This document shows positions 25,115-33,856 of a stretch of 64,000 nucleotides of DNA, piece by piece. This stretch comes from an uncultured Opitutus sp. (GTDB taxonomy: Bacteria; Verrucomicrobiota; Verrucomicrobiia; Opitutales; Opitutaceae): contig CAYWRG010000018.1 of assembly GCA_964460715.1 (NCBI GenBank), positions 773 to 64,772 of the forward strand, in the 5' to 3' direction. How positions within the stretch are numbered: the first letter of the stretch is position 1; every line of letters begins with the position of its first letter. The notes under the pieces are model-generated. The model saw only the letters and a program-made list of their open reading frames with translations. It did no database searches and was not told the origin of the DNA. The position numbers and the translations under genes were made by a program.

Positions 25115-26791
25115 ATGAAATCCTTCCGTTGGTCCACCTGCCTTGCCGGCGCGCTCCTCGCGCTCGGCCTCACCCTGACCCGGGCGCAGACCGCGCCGGA
25201 GGCGCCCAGTGCTCCGACCGCGCCTGAAGCCGCGCCGGCTCAACCCGCTTCGGAGGGACTGCGTTCGCTTGACGCCACGCCACCGGCCGAACCGCCTTCG
25301 CCGGCGGATCCGTCGGACCCCGCTGATCCTGATCCGGAGGCGGAAACGATTGAACGCCGCGCGAATTCAGAGTCCGGCATTTTTGTCATGGGCTCCGACG
25401 CGATCCTCAGCGGGGGCGAGACCGCCCGCGAGGTGGTGGCGATCATCGGCAACACGATCGTGGACGGCATTGTGGACGACGAGGTCGTCGCAATCATGGG
25501 CGATTCCACGCTGAACGGCGAGGCGCGCGAAGTCGTGGCGGTAATGGGCAATGTCACCGTGAACGGTCACGTTCGCGGCGACGTGGTCGCCGTGATGGGT
25601 GGCGTCCAGCTCGGGCCGCGCGCCCGGGTTGACGGTGAGGTCGTGTCGATCGGTGGCGGCGTGGAGCGCGCCCCGGGTTCGATCGTCGGCCGGGGCATTC
25701 AGGAGGTCGGCTTCATGAAGGGGCACATGCCGCGGATGGACGGCCTGCGCGCGTGGCTTAAGCACTGCCTGCTGCTGGGTCGGCCGCTCGGCTTTGGCGA
25801 ACATCTCGGCTGGGCCTGGGGCATCGCCTTTTCGTTCTTCGCTTTCTACGTGCTGCTGGCGCTGGCCTTCGGCAAGGGTGTGGAAAAATGCGCCGAGACG
25901 CTTGAGCAGCGTCCGGGCTACACGATTCTCGCGGCATTTCTGACCATCCTGGCGATCCCAATTCTGACGGTGCTGCTGGCGGTCACCGGCGTCGGTCCGG
26001 TGGTGCTGTTCTTTGCCGGTATCTTCGGCACCCTGTTCGGCAAGGCCGCCTTCATCACCTGGATGGGCCGCCGTTTCACCAAGCCGCTGGGCATCCAGAT
26101 GCCGGTGCTGGCCGCCTTGATCGGTGGGCTCCTGCTGATGCTCTTCTATGTGATTCCCTACCTGGGGATCGTGATGTGGAAGGTTTCGGGCGCGCTTGGT
26201 CTGGGCATGGTTGTCTACACCCTGATTCTCGGCATGAAGCGCGAAAAGGCGGCGGCCGCCGTCGCGGTCGCCCCTGCAGGTATGGCCGCGGCCTCGCCCG
26301 CCGCAGGCTTCACTCCTATGCCTTCGCAGGAGGCCGGCGCCTCATCCCCAGGCTTCACGGTCGAGCCGCCCTTCGTTGCTCCACCACCTCTCCGGCAGGT
26401 GACGCAGATGTCGACGCTGCCGCGGGCCGGGTTCTGGATCCGCATTGCGGCCTCGACTCTGGATGCGGTCCTGGTGGGCATTGGCTTTGGGATTATGAAT
26501 TTCCAGAGTGACTACTTTATGGCGGTTTACGCGGTCTACTGCATCGCGTTCTGGGCGCTCAAGGGCACTACGATCGGCGGCGTGATCTGCGGACTGAAGG
26601 TCGTGCGTCTGGATGATCGCAAGCTCGACTGGACGATTGCGGTCGTGCGTGCCCTCGGTGGCTGCCTTTCCTTCGTGATCGCGGGCCTCGGCTTCATCTG
26701 GGGGGCATTCGACGCCGACAAGCAGGCGTGGCATGACAAGATTGCCGGCACGACCGTGGTGCGCGTGCCCAAGGGCACGCCGCTGATCTGA
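25115..26791 (+). CDS. Membrane protein with bactofilin-like beta-helix repeats and a C-terminal RDD domain
   Basis: ATG at 25115 with a signal peptide, then a Pro/Ala-rich linker. Repeats VVAIIGNTIVDG / VVAIMGDSTLNG / VVAVMGNVTVNG / VVAVMGGVQLG. Multiple TM segments. RDD-family C-terminus (AGFWIRIAASTLDAVLVGI...WHDKIAGTTVV). Confidence 0.7.
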   Translation: MKSFRWSTCLAGALLALGLTLTRAQTAPEAPSAPTAPEAAPAQPASEGLRSLDATPPAEPPSPADPSDPADPDPEAETIERRANSESGIFVMGSDAILSGGETAREVVAIIGNTIVDGIVDDEVVAIMGDSTLNGEAREVVAVMGNVTVNGHVRGDVVAVMGGVQLGPRARVDGEVVSIGGGVERAPGSIVGRGIQEVGFMKGHMPRMDGLRAWLKHCLLLGRPLGFGEHLGWAWGIAFSFFAFYVLLALAFGKGVEKCAETLEQRPGYTILAAFLTILAIPILTVLLAVTGVGPVVLFFAGIFGTLFGKAAFITWMGRRFTKPLGIQMPVLAALIGGLLLMLFYVIPYLGIVMWKVSGALGLGMVVYTLILGMKREKAAAAVAVAPAGMAAASPAAGFTPMPSQEAGASSPGFTVEPPFVAPPPLRQVTQMSTLPRAGFWIRIAASTLDAVLVGIGFGIMNFQSDYFMAVYAVYCIAFWALKGTTIGGVICGLKVVRLDDRKLDWTIAVVRALGGCLSFVIAGLGFIWGAFDADKQAWHDKIAGTTVVRVPKGTPLI

Positions 26792-26840
26792 GGCTCTGAA
26801 TCAACCGGTTAACTTCCCCTGTCCAATCGCCAATCGCGTT

Positions 26841-27053
26841 ATGACCGTCATCCTCGGCTTCTTTGTGTGGTGCCTGTTGCTGGCCATCTGCTGGCCGCTG
26901 GCGCTGCTGGCCTTGCTGCTGGCGCCGATCGTGTGGTTGGTGGCGTTGCCCTTCCGCTTGCTGGGACTGGCAGTCGGCGGGGTGTTTGCCCTCGTGCGGG
27001 CGCTCTTTTTCCTTCCGGCGCGGCTGCTGGGAGGAAAGCCCGCCTCGGCGTGA
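26841..27053 (+). CDS. Small hydrophobic membrane protein
   Basis: 70 aa, two TM segments, high third-position GC. Two overlapping alternative frames look non-coding. Confidence 0.45.
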   Translation: MTVILGFFVWCLLLAICWPLALLALLLAPIVWLVALPFRLLGLAVGGVFALVRALFFLPARLLGGKPASA

Positions 27054-27114
27054 AGCCGGCCGGTCGGAGGATTTAGGCCTGACAGAGCGCGGTTGAGTGG
27101 TGAACACTGCCGCC

Positions 27115-27600
27115 ATGGCGAAGCCACTGGTTGGAATCATCATGGGAAGCACGTCCGATTGGGACACGATGCAGCATGCGGCTCAGACGCTGGAGGCGCT
27201 GGGCGTTCCTTACGAAAAGGGCGTGGTGAGCGCGCACCGCACGCCGAAGCGCATGTACGATTATGCGCAGTCCGCCGAGGCCCGCGGCCTTCGCATCATC
27301 ATCGCGGGCGCGGGTGGGGCGGCGCATTTGCCGGGCATGACCGCTGCGCTCACGGCATTGCCGGTCCTTGGTGTGCCGGTGGAGTCGCACGCTTTGCGCG
27401 GGGTGGATTCGCTGCACTCGATTGTGCAGATGCCGGGTGGAATTCCGGTGGCCACGTTTGCGATCGGCAAAGCGGGGGCGATCAACGCTGCGCTCTTTGC
27501 GGCGGCGGTGCTGGCCGGCGGCAACCGGCGGATCAAGCGGTCGCTTGATGCGTTTCGGGAGAAGCAGACGGCGACGGTCATGGCCGCGAAGCTGCCATGA
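27115..27600 (+). CDS. purE: 5-(carboxyamino)imidazole ribonucleotide mutase
   Basis: [19 protein letters not shown]...VSAHRTP...[14 protein letters not shown]...LGVPV. Confidence 0.95.
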   Translation: MAKPLVGIIMGSTSDWDTMQHAAQTLEALGVPYEKGVVSAHRTPKRMYDYAQSAEARGLRIIIAGAGGAAHLPGMTAALTALPVLGVPVESHALRGVDSLHSIVQMPGGIPVATFAIGKAGAINAALFAAAVLAGGNRRIKRSLDAFREKQTATVMAAKLP

Positions 27601-27683
27601 TCTTTTTGCAGGAGAAAACCGAGGAAACGGAGAGTTTGACGCGGTGAAGCCCGCCCTCTGTTCTCGTCATTTCCTCCTGTAAG

Positions 27684-28823
27684 ATGATCCAACCCGGACA
27701 AACCCTTGGTGTACTTGGTGGCGGCCAGCTTGGCCGGATGCTTGCCCATGCCGCTGAGCGGCTCGGCTACCGGGTGCATATCTACGAACCCGCCTACGAT
27801 TCCCCGGCGGGCGAGGTTTCGGCGAAGGAGTTCAATGCGCCCTACACCGATCCCGAGCGCCTGGCGGAGTTTGCCCGGGGGTGTGCGGCGGTGACCTATG
27901 AGTTTGAGAACGTTCCGGTCGAGCCGCTGTGGAAGATTGAAAAACTGACGGCGCTCAAGCCGCATTGGAATGTGCTGGAGACCTGCCAGAACCGCCTGCG
28001 GGAGAAGACCTGGCTGCGGAAGAACGGGTTTCCGCACGTTCCTTTCGCCGAGGTGCAGGTGGGCGAGGATCTTGCGGCGGCGATCCGCCGCGTCGGGCTG
28101 CCCTGCGTGGTGAAGACAGCCGACTTTGGCTACGACGGCAAAGGTCAGATGAAGGTGACCGACGAGGCGACGCTGGCATCTGCGGTCGCGGCGTTTTCTA
28201 GGCAGCGCGCCGTCGTCGAGCGTTACATTGATTTCAAGTGCGAGCTTTCGGTCATTGTCGCGCGCACCGAAACCGGCGCGGTGCAGACCTTTCCCATCGC
28301 AGAGAACATCCACACGAAGCACATCCTGGATTTCTCGATCGTTCCCGCGCGCGTGTCCGAGCCGGTGCGCGTGGAGGCGGAGCAGCTCGGTCGGGCGATA
28401 GCCGAGAAGATCGGGCTGGTGGGGCTGCTGGCGATTGAGCTGTTTCTGACTGATCGGAACGAGTTGCTGGTGAACGAGCTCGCCCCGCGTCCGCACAATT
28501 CCGGTCACTGGACGCTGGATGCGTGTGTGACGACCCAGTTCGAGCAGCACGTTCGCGCGATCACGGGTCTGCCCCTCGGTGGGACGGGACTGACGGCGCC
28601 GGCGGCGGTCATGGTCAACATCCTCGGTGATGCCTGGCGGCCGGCGGCGGGCCGTCAAATCGAGCCCAACTGGTCGGCGCTTCTGGCCGATCCGGCGGCC
28701 AAGCTGCACCTTTACGGGAAAAGCGAACCCAAGGTCGGCCGCAAGATGGGGCACTTTACCGTGACCGGGCCTTCGGCCGATGCGGCCTTGGAGAAGGCGC
28801 GGACGCTTAAGTCGCGCCTCTGA
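27684..28823 (+). CDS. purK: 5-(carboxyamino)imidazole ribonucleotide synthase
   Basis: 379 aa ATP-grasp protein (GVLGGGQLGRML...GYDGKGQ...LLVNELAPRPHNSGHWT). Adjacent to purE. Confidence 0.9.
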   Translation: MIQPGQTLGVLGGGQLGRMLAHAAERLGYRVHIYEPAYDSPAGEVSAKEFNAPYTDPERLAEFARGCAAVTYEFENVPVEPLWKIEKLTALKPHWNVLETCQNRLREKTWLRKNGFPHVPFAEVQVGEDLAAAIRRVGLPCVVKTADFGYDGKGQMKVTDEATLASAVAAFSRQRAVVERYIDFKCELSVIVARTETGAVQTFPIAENIHTKHILDFSIVPARVSEPVRVEAEQLGRAIAEKIGLVGLLAIELFLTDRNELLVNELAPRPHNSGHWTLDACVTTQFEQHVRAITGLPLGGTGLTAPAAVMVNILGDAWRPAAGRQIEPNWSALLADPAAKLHLYGKSEPKVGRKMGHFTVTGPSADAALEKARTLKSRL

Positions 28824-28843
28824 GTTCGCGCAGGCGGAGCGTT

Positions 28844-29455
28844 TTAGGGAGTCGGCTGTCGGTAGCTGGCGTAATCCTCCGGCGTGTCGAGATCCTGCGC
28901 GAGTTCAGGCAGATCGATCGCGGCAACGTTGTCGGTTGGCAGGGTTGCGATCAGTTTCCGCGCGCCCTCATCGCCGACCAGTGCCTGGAGGGCGGCAAAA
29001 TGGGTCCGGGTGAAGAGGGCCGGGGCTCCGAGGTGTCCGCCGTAGCGGGCGGCGACCACGGAGCGCTGGGATGAACGCTGGGTCGCGATGAAGCGGTCGA
29101 CCATGGTGGCGGCGAAGGCCGGCTGATCGCAGAGCGCAAAGAGCACGGCATCAATCCGGGCAGAAAAGGCATTCATGACCGTGAGGCCGGCGCGAAGGGA
29201 GGATGCCATGCCTTCGGCCCAGGCAGGATTTTCGGCCACGAGGACAGGTCGGCGGGCGAGGACCGGACGGATTTCGGTCGCGTTGGCGCCGAGCACCACG
29301 ACGACGGGCCAGGCGGACGAGCCGAGGGCGGCGTCGACCGCGTGTTCCAGCAAGGATTGCGAGCCGATCTGGAGTAGCTGCTTGGGGCGGCCCATCCGAC
29401 GCGAGGCGCCGGCGGCAAGGATCACGATTCCGACACGAAGAGGTGGGGTGGGCAT
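28844..29455 (-). CDS. Nucleotidyltransferase family protein (MocA-like molybdenum cofactor cytidylyltransferase)
   Basis: IVILAAGASRRMGRPKQLL N-terminal motif. 203 aa. Adjacent to an XdhC-family gene. Confidence 0.75.
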   Translation of the reverse strand: MPTPPLRVGIVILAAGASRRMGRPKQLLQIGSQSLLEHAVDAALGSSAWPVVVVLGANATEIRPVLARRPVLVAENPAWAEGMASSLRAGLTVMNAFSARIDAVLFALCDQPAFAATMVDRFIATQRSSQRSVVAARYGGHLGAPALFTRTHFAALQALVGDEGARKLIATLPTDNVAAIDLPELAQDLDTPEDYASYRQPTP

Positions 29456-29470
29456 GAGCCGGGGTGGGAG

Positions 29471-30577
29471 TTATTCGTGGATCGGACGATTGCGAAGCCG
29501 TAGAGGGGCGCCATCGCGGGCATGGAGTACGGCCTGCATTTCGGCGAGCATGGAGAGTGCGACGGCCTCGGGGGCATCGCCGCCGAGGTCGAGCCCGACT
29601 GGGGCATGCAGTCGGGCGAGCGCCTCGGGCCGGAGGGGTTGGCTTTGTTGCCGGATCTCATCGAGCAGTCGGTCGGCCCGCTTTTTGGGGCCGAGCAACC
29701 CGAGGTAGGCGAGGGGTTGATGGATCAATTCCCGCAGAAAGGGCAGGTCATGGACGTAGTGGTGGGTCATGACGACCGCGAACGTATGGGGATCCAGCGG
29801 GACGGCGCGGGTGATCGCTTCCGGTTGGAGAGCCAGAACGGCGTGGGCGGTGGGGAAGCGCGTGCGTGTCGCGAAGGCGGGGCGGGGGTCAGCGATGGTG
29901 ACGCGCCAACCCAAAGCGTGCGCGAACCGGGCGAGTGGCTGGGCGTCGTCGCCCGCTCCCAGAATCACCAACTGAGGCGTGGGTGCGATGTATTCGAAGA
30001 AAACGGATGGGCGATCGGCGAGTTGGGCAAAGGTGAGCGAGCGGGATCTGCCTTCGGCCAACGCCGCCCGGGCCGAGGACTCCACGGCGTTCTGCCAATC
30101 TGCAGGCAGATCGGCCGTCCAGCTTGGGCCGCTGGCGGCGATGGCCAGTCGCGTGCCGAGGAGGCGTGGATCGTCGCAGGCATAGATGGTTGCGAGGACG
30201 CATCCGACCCGGAGCTCATCGGCGGCATGACGGGCGAAAGTGAGAAAATCGGGCTTAAAACGCAACGATTCAAGGAGTAGCGTTACTTTCCCGTTGCAGC
30301 CCAGTCCAACCCCCCACACGAGATCGTTTTCCTGGGTGGTGTCGTAGATCAGGGTTTTGGCGCTGCCGGTTGCCATTACGCCTTCGAGGTGGGCGATCAT
30401 GTCCTCCTCGAGGCACCCGCCGCTGATGGCCCCGGTTCGGGTTTTGTTTGGAGCCAGAAGCATCCGGGCGCCGGGTCGCCGGTAGGACGAGCCCTCGGTG
30501 GCGACGACCGTGGCCAACCCATACGGGTAATCAGGAGCGAGCTCGAGTTGAGCGAGGGTTTTGAGGGCTTCCTGCAT
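29471..30577 (-). CDS. XdhC/CoxI family molybdoenzyme maturation protein
   Basis: 368 aa. XdhC N-terminal region (ATVVATEGSSYRRPGARML) and a Rossmann-like C-terminal domain (LVILGAGDDAQPLARFA). Confidence 0.8.
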   Translation of the reverse strand: MQEALKTLAQLELAPDYPYGLATVVATEGSSYRRPGARMLLAPNKTRTGAISGGCLEEDMIAHLEGVMATGSAKTLIYDTTQENDLVWGVGLGCNGKVTLLLESLRFKPDFLTFARHAADELRVGCVLATIYACDDPRLLGTRLAIAASGPSWTADLPADWQNAVESSARAALAEGRSRSLTFAQLADRPSVFFEYIAPTPQLVILGAGDDAQPLARFAHALGWRVTIADPRPAFATRTRFPTAHAVLALQPEAITRAVPLDPHTFAVVMTHHYVHDLPFLRELIHQPLAYLGLLGPKKRADRLLDEIRQQSQPLRPEALARLHAPVGLDLGGDAPEAVALSMLAEMQAVLHARDGAPLRLRNRPIHE

Positions 30578-30748
30578 GGATTTTTACGAATCTATCGGTG
30601 TTTCGTCGCGGTTAATGTGCCATTCGTCGCGTCTTAACAGCGACGTAACTCAAATATTGCGAAGTGGTCAGGTAAATGCTTTCATATGTCCAAGAGATAA
30701 CATTAGAGCCTCGGCTCTATCTCTCACTACCAACACAACAAACCAACT

Positions 30749-33700
30749 ATGAGCAATCGTCTCAACCCCAAGATGGGGGTTATCGCCCTCATCTCACGTG
30801 CGGGCTTGTCATCGTTCGTCGCGGGAGCCGGCCTGACCAAGGTCGCCACCCTTACTGGCCTCGCCGTGGCCTCCGCAGTCGCGGTCCACGCGCAGAGCAA
30901 CACCCAAGGCTATGTCTATGGTCAGGTGCAGGGCATGGACCTCGCCGGCCTCACGGTTCACGCCGAGAGTGCCGACACTGGCCTCAGCCGCAGCGCTGCC
31001 CTTGATGCGCGTGGCGCCTATCAGCTGTCCTCCCTCCCGACCGGCACCTACACGGTGACGCTGCGTCGCGGTGGCGCCGATGTTGACAGCCGCCAAGGCG
31101 TCGTCGTCAGCGTCGGTACCGGTACCCCGGTTCGTTTCGTGGCCGGTGCCAGCCAGGATGTCCTGGAAATGGCCCGCTTCGAGGTCAGCGGCGCTTCGAT
31201 CTCCCCGATCGACGTCTCCCAGACCGCTTCTGTCACGGTCTTCCGTGAAGAGACGATCGATATCCTGCCCGTCGCGCGCAATATCACGGACGTGATGTTG
31301 CTCTCGCCCGGCACGGTTCAGGGCGACAGTGCCTTCGGTAACTTGGCGTCGGTCAGCGGTTCCTCCGTTGCGGAGAACGCCTACTACGTGAACGGCTTCA
31401 ACATGACGAATTTCCGCAACGGAACGTCCTTCGGTTTCGCGCCGTTCGAGTTCCTGAGCGAGGTCCAGATCAACAGTGGTGGCTACAGCGCCGAGTACGG
31501 TCGTTCGACCGGTGGCGTGACCACCGCCGTGACCAAGCGCGGTGGCAACACCTGGAAGTCGGGTGTCAGTGTCTATTACGAGCCCGGCTCGCTCCGCGCT
31601 CGCGCCCCCTCGGTGGTGCTTTCTGACGGCACCACGGCCCTCAACAACATGGAGGACTATGAGCAGACGGTGAACACGAACGTTTACCTCAGCGGGCCCA
31701 TCCTGAAGGACAGACTGTTCTTCTACGCGCTGTTCAACGGCCGTGACACGACCCAGCAGTTTGCGGTCGGCGACACGAACTTCTATGACCGCACCAGCAG
31801 CGATCCGTTCTGGGGTGTTAAGATCGATTACCAGATCACCGACGACCACCTCTTCGAGTACACGGGCTTCTCCGACAAGCGTTCGACTGAGCAGTTCATC
31901 CGCCCGTACAACTCCACCACCGGTGTCATCGGGCCCCGTGCTGGCGCGTCCTACCTGAACCGCGGCGGCAAGAACGACATCTTCCGCTACTCCGGCACGT
32001 TCCTCGACGATGTGCTCACGGTTTCCGCTCTCTACGGCAAGGGTGAGGCCAGCTTCACCGATGCCGGCGCAGGCGATGCCTTCCGCTACATCCTTGACGG
32101 TCGTACCAATCCGAACGGCGTTCTGGTCGGCCAGGCGACGTCGCTGCAGCCCGGCACCTCTGACGACGAGCGCGAGGCCATGCGTCTCGACGGCACCGTC
32201 CGTCTGTGGGGCAACACCCTGCGTTTCGGCTTCGATCGCGAGACGACCACCTCGGTCGACTTCCTGAAGTACTCGGGTGACGGCATCTATTGGCGCTACT
32301 ACGCTACCACGGGCGGCGCCTCGCTGCCGAATGGCGGCGTCACGCCGGCGGGCACGACCCAGTACGTGCGCGAGCGCTTCTACTCCAACGGCGGCTCGTT
32401 CGAGACGGTCACGGACGCCTACTACATCGAGGACACGATCAAGCTCTTCGATGATCGCCTGATCTTCACCGCGGGTCTCCGTAACGAAGGCTTCGATAAC
32501 AAGAATGCCAACGGCGACACCTTCAACAAGATCGACGACCAGCTCGCGCCCCGTATCGCCGCCGCCTATGACGTGCGCGGTGACGGTCGCTCCAAGCTGT
32601 TCGCGAACTACGGCCGTTACTACCTGCCGATCGCGTCCAACACGAACATCCGCCTCGCGGGTGCCGAGCTCTTCTACGAGGACTACTTCGTGCTGAATGG
32701 CACCAACGCCGACAATTCGCCCATCAAGGGCGCGCAGATCGGTGGCCGCAACACGTTCTCGAACGGCGATATCAAGGATCCGCGCATGATCGTGAACCAG
32801 AACCTCGATCCGATGTACCAGGACGAGTTCATCGTCGGTTACCAGACCCAGGTTGGTCGCGACTGGAAGATCGGCGTCAAGGGCACCTACCGCGATCTCA
32901 AGAGCACGCTCGAGGACGTCGCGATTGATGCGGCGCTGCTCAAGTATGCCGCTGCCAAGGGCTACAACAACTTCGAGGCTGGTGGCTTCGACTACTACGT
33001 CCTGACGAATCCCGGCAAGGACATGACGATCTACGTCAATATGGACGAGGATCATGACGGTGACGGCATCGTCGATTCTCACGACCAGACGGGTGTCACC
33101 CTCGAGAAGATCGACCTGAGCGCCGCCGACCTCGGCTACCCTAAGTCGACCCGTACCTACTATGCGATCGAGCTCTCCGCTGAGCGTGTCTGGAACCAGA
33201 AGTGGATGGCCAACTTCTCGTACACGTGGTCCCAGAGCTACGGCAACAACGAGGGCTATGTCCGTTCCGACAACGGTCAGGACGATGCGGGTCTCACGAC
33301 CCTCTTCGACCAGCCCGGCCTCACGGACTACAGCGCCGGCTTCCTCCCGAACGACCGCCGTCACGTCTTCAAGACCTTCGGCGCCTACAAGCTGACCGAT
33401 GAAATCCAGTTCGGTGGCAACTTCCTCCTCCAGTCGGGCAAGCCGGTCAATGCATTCGGCATCCACCCGACGGATGCCTTTGCCGCCGAGTACGGCTCCG
33501 AGGCGTTCTTCGCCAACGGCGTGCCCGCCCCGCGTGGCTCGTTCGGCCGCACCTCCTGGTCCTACAAGCTGGACCTCTCGGTCAAGTACACCCCGAAGTG
33601 GGGCGACGGTAAGCTGAGCTTCGGTATCGACGTGTTCAACGTCCTCAACTCGCGCAAGATTACCGAGATCGACGAAGTGCACGACGACGACGACGGCTCG

Positions 33701-33778
33701 ACGCTCGAGACCTTCGGCACCGCCCGTGGCTACCAGACTCCGCGCTACGCTCGCTTCAGCGCGTCAGTCGACTTCTAA
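30749..33778 (+). CDS. TonB-dependent receptor with N-terminal carboxypeptidase-regulatory-like domain (Oar-like)
   Basis: 1009 aa with a signal peptide. CarboxypepD_reg-like segment (GYVYGQV...YQLSSLPTGTYTVTL), plug region, long beta-barrel, and a terminal aromatic residue (...RFSASVDF). Confidence 0.85.
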   Translation: MSNRLNPKMGVIALISRAGLSSFVAGAGLTKVATLTGLAVASAVAVHAQSNTQGYVYGQVQGMDLAGLTVHAESADTGLSRSAALDARGAYQLSSLPTGTYTVTLRRGGADVDSRQGVVVSVGTGTPVRFVAGASQDVLEMARFEVSGASISPIDVSQTASVTVFREETIDILPVARNITDVMLLSPGTVQGDSAFGNLASVSGSSVAENAYYVNGFNMTNFRNGTSFGFAPFEFLSEVQINSGGYSAEYGRSTGGVTTAVTKRGGNTWKSGVSVYYEPGSLRARAPSVVLSDGTTALNNMEDYEQTVNTNVYLSGPILKDRLFFYALFNGRDTTQQFAVGDTNFYDRTSSDPFWGVKIDYQITDDHLFEYTGFSDKRSTEQFIRPYNSTTGVIGPRAGASYLNRGGKNDIFRYSGTFLDDVLTVSALYGKGEASFTDAGAGDAFRYILDGRTNPNGVLVGQATSLQPGTSDDEREAMRLDGTVRLWGNTLRFGFDRETTTSVDFLKYSGDGIYWRYYATTGGASLPNGGVTPAGTTQYVRERFYSNGGSFETVTDAYYIEDTIKLFDDRLIFTAGLRNEGFDNKNANGDTFNKIDDQLAPRIAAAYDVRGDGRSKLFANYGRYYLPIASNTNIRLAGAELFYEDYFVLNGTNADNSPIKGAQIGGRNTFSNGDIKDPRMIVNQNLDPMYQDEFIVGYQTQVGRDWKIGVKGTYRDLKSTLEDVAIDAALLKYAAAKGYNNFEAGGFDYYVLTNPGKDMTIYVNMDEDHDGDGIVDSHDQTGVTLEKIDLSAADLGYPKSTRTYYAIELSAERVWNQKWMANFSYTWSQSYGNNEGYVRSDNGQDDAGLTTLFDQPGLTDYSAGFLPNDRRHVFKTFGAYKLTDEIQFGGNFLLQSGKPVNAFGIHPTDAFAAEYGSEAFFANGVPAPRGSFGRTSWSYKLDLSVKYTPKWGDGKLSFGIDVFNVLNSRKITEIDEVHDDDDGSTLETFGTARGYQTPRYARFSASVDF

Positions 33779-33807
33779 GCCAAGTCCGATCTAGATCGAT
33801 TCACACC

Positions 33808-33837
33808 AAGGCGGCCGGTTTCCCCGGCCGCCTTTTT
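33808..33837 (+). terminator. Rho-independent terminator (between convergent genes)
   Basis: aaggcggccgg / tttcc / ccggccgcctt followed by ttt. Confidence 0.75.
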
Positions 33838-33856
33838 CGTGCCTTGGCGCGAGGCG

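Noticed and set aside
27261-28754. 497-aa minus-strand ORF opposite purE/purK, and similar long shadow ORFs (for example 3915..5072 +, 9405..10484 -, 11987..13090 +, 36306..36761 +)
   Set aside because: Each overlaps a gene with strong family motifs on the other strand or in another frame. The translations are Arg/Gly/Asp-rich with no motifs.
30809-33682. 957-aa minus-strand ORF opposite the TonB-dependent receptor
   Set aside because: Same high-GC antisense artefact. The plus-strand protein has signal peptide, plug, barrel and terminal-Phe features.
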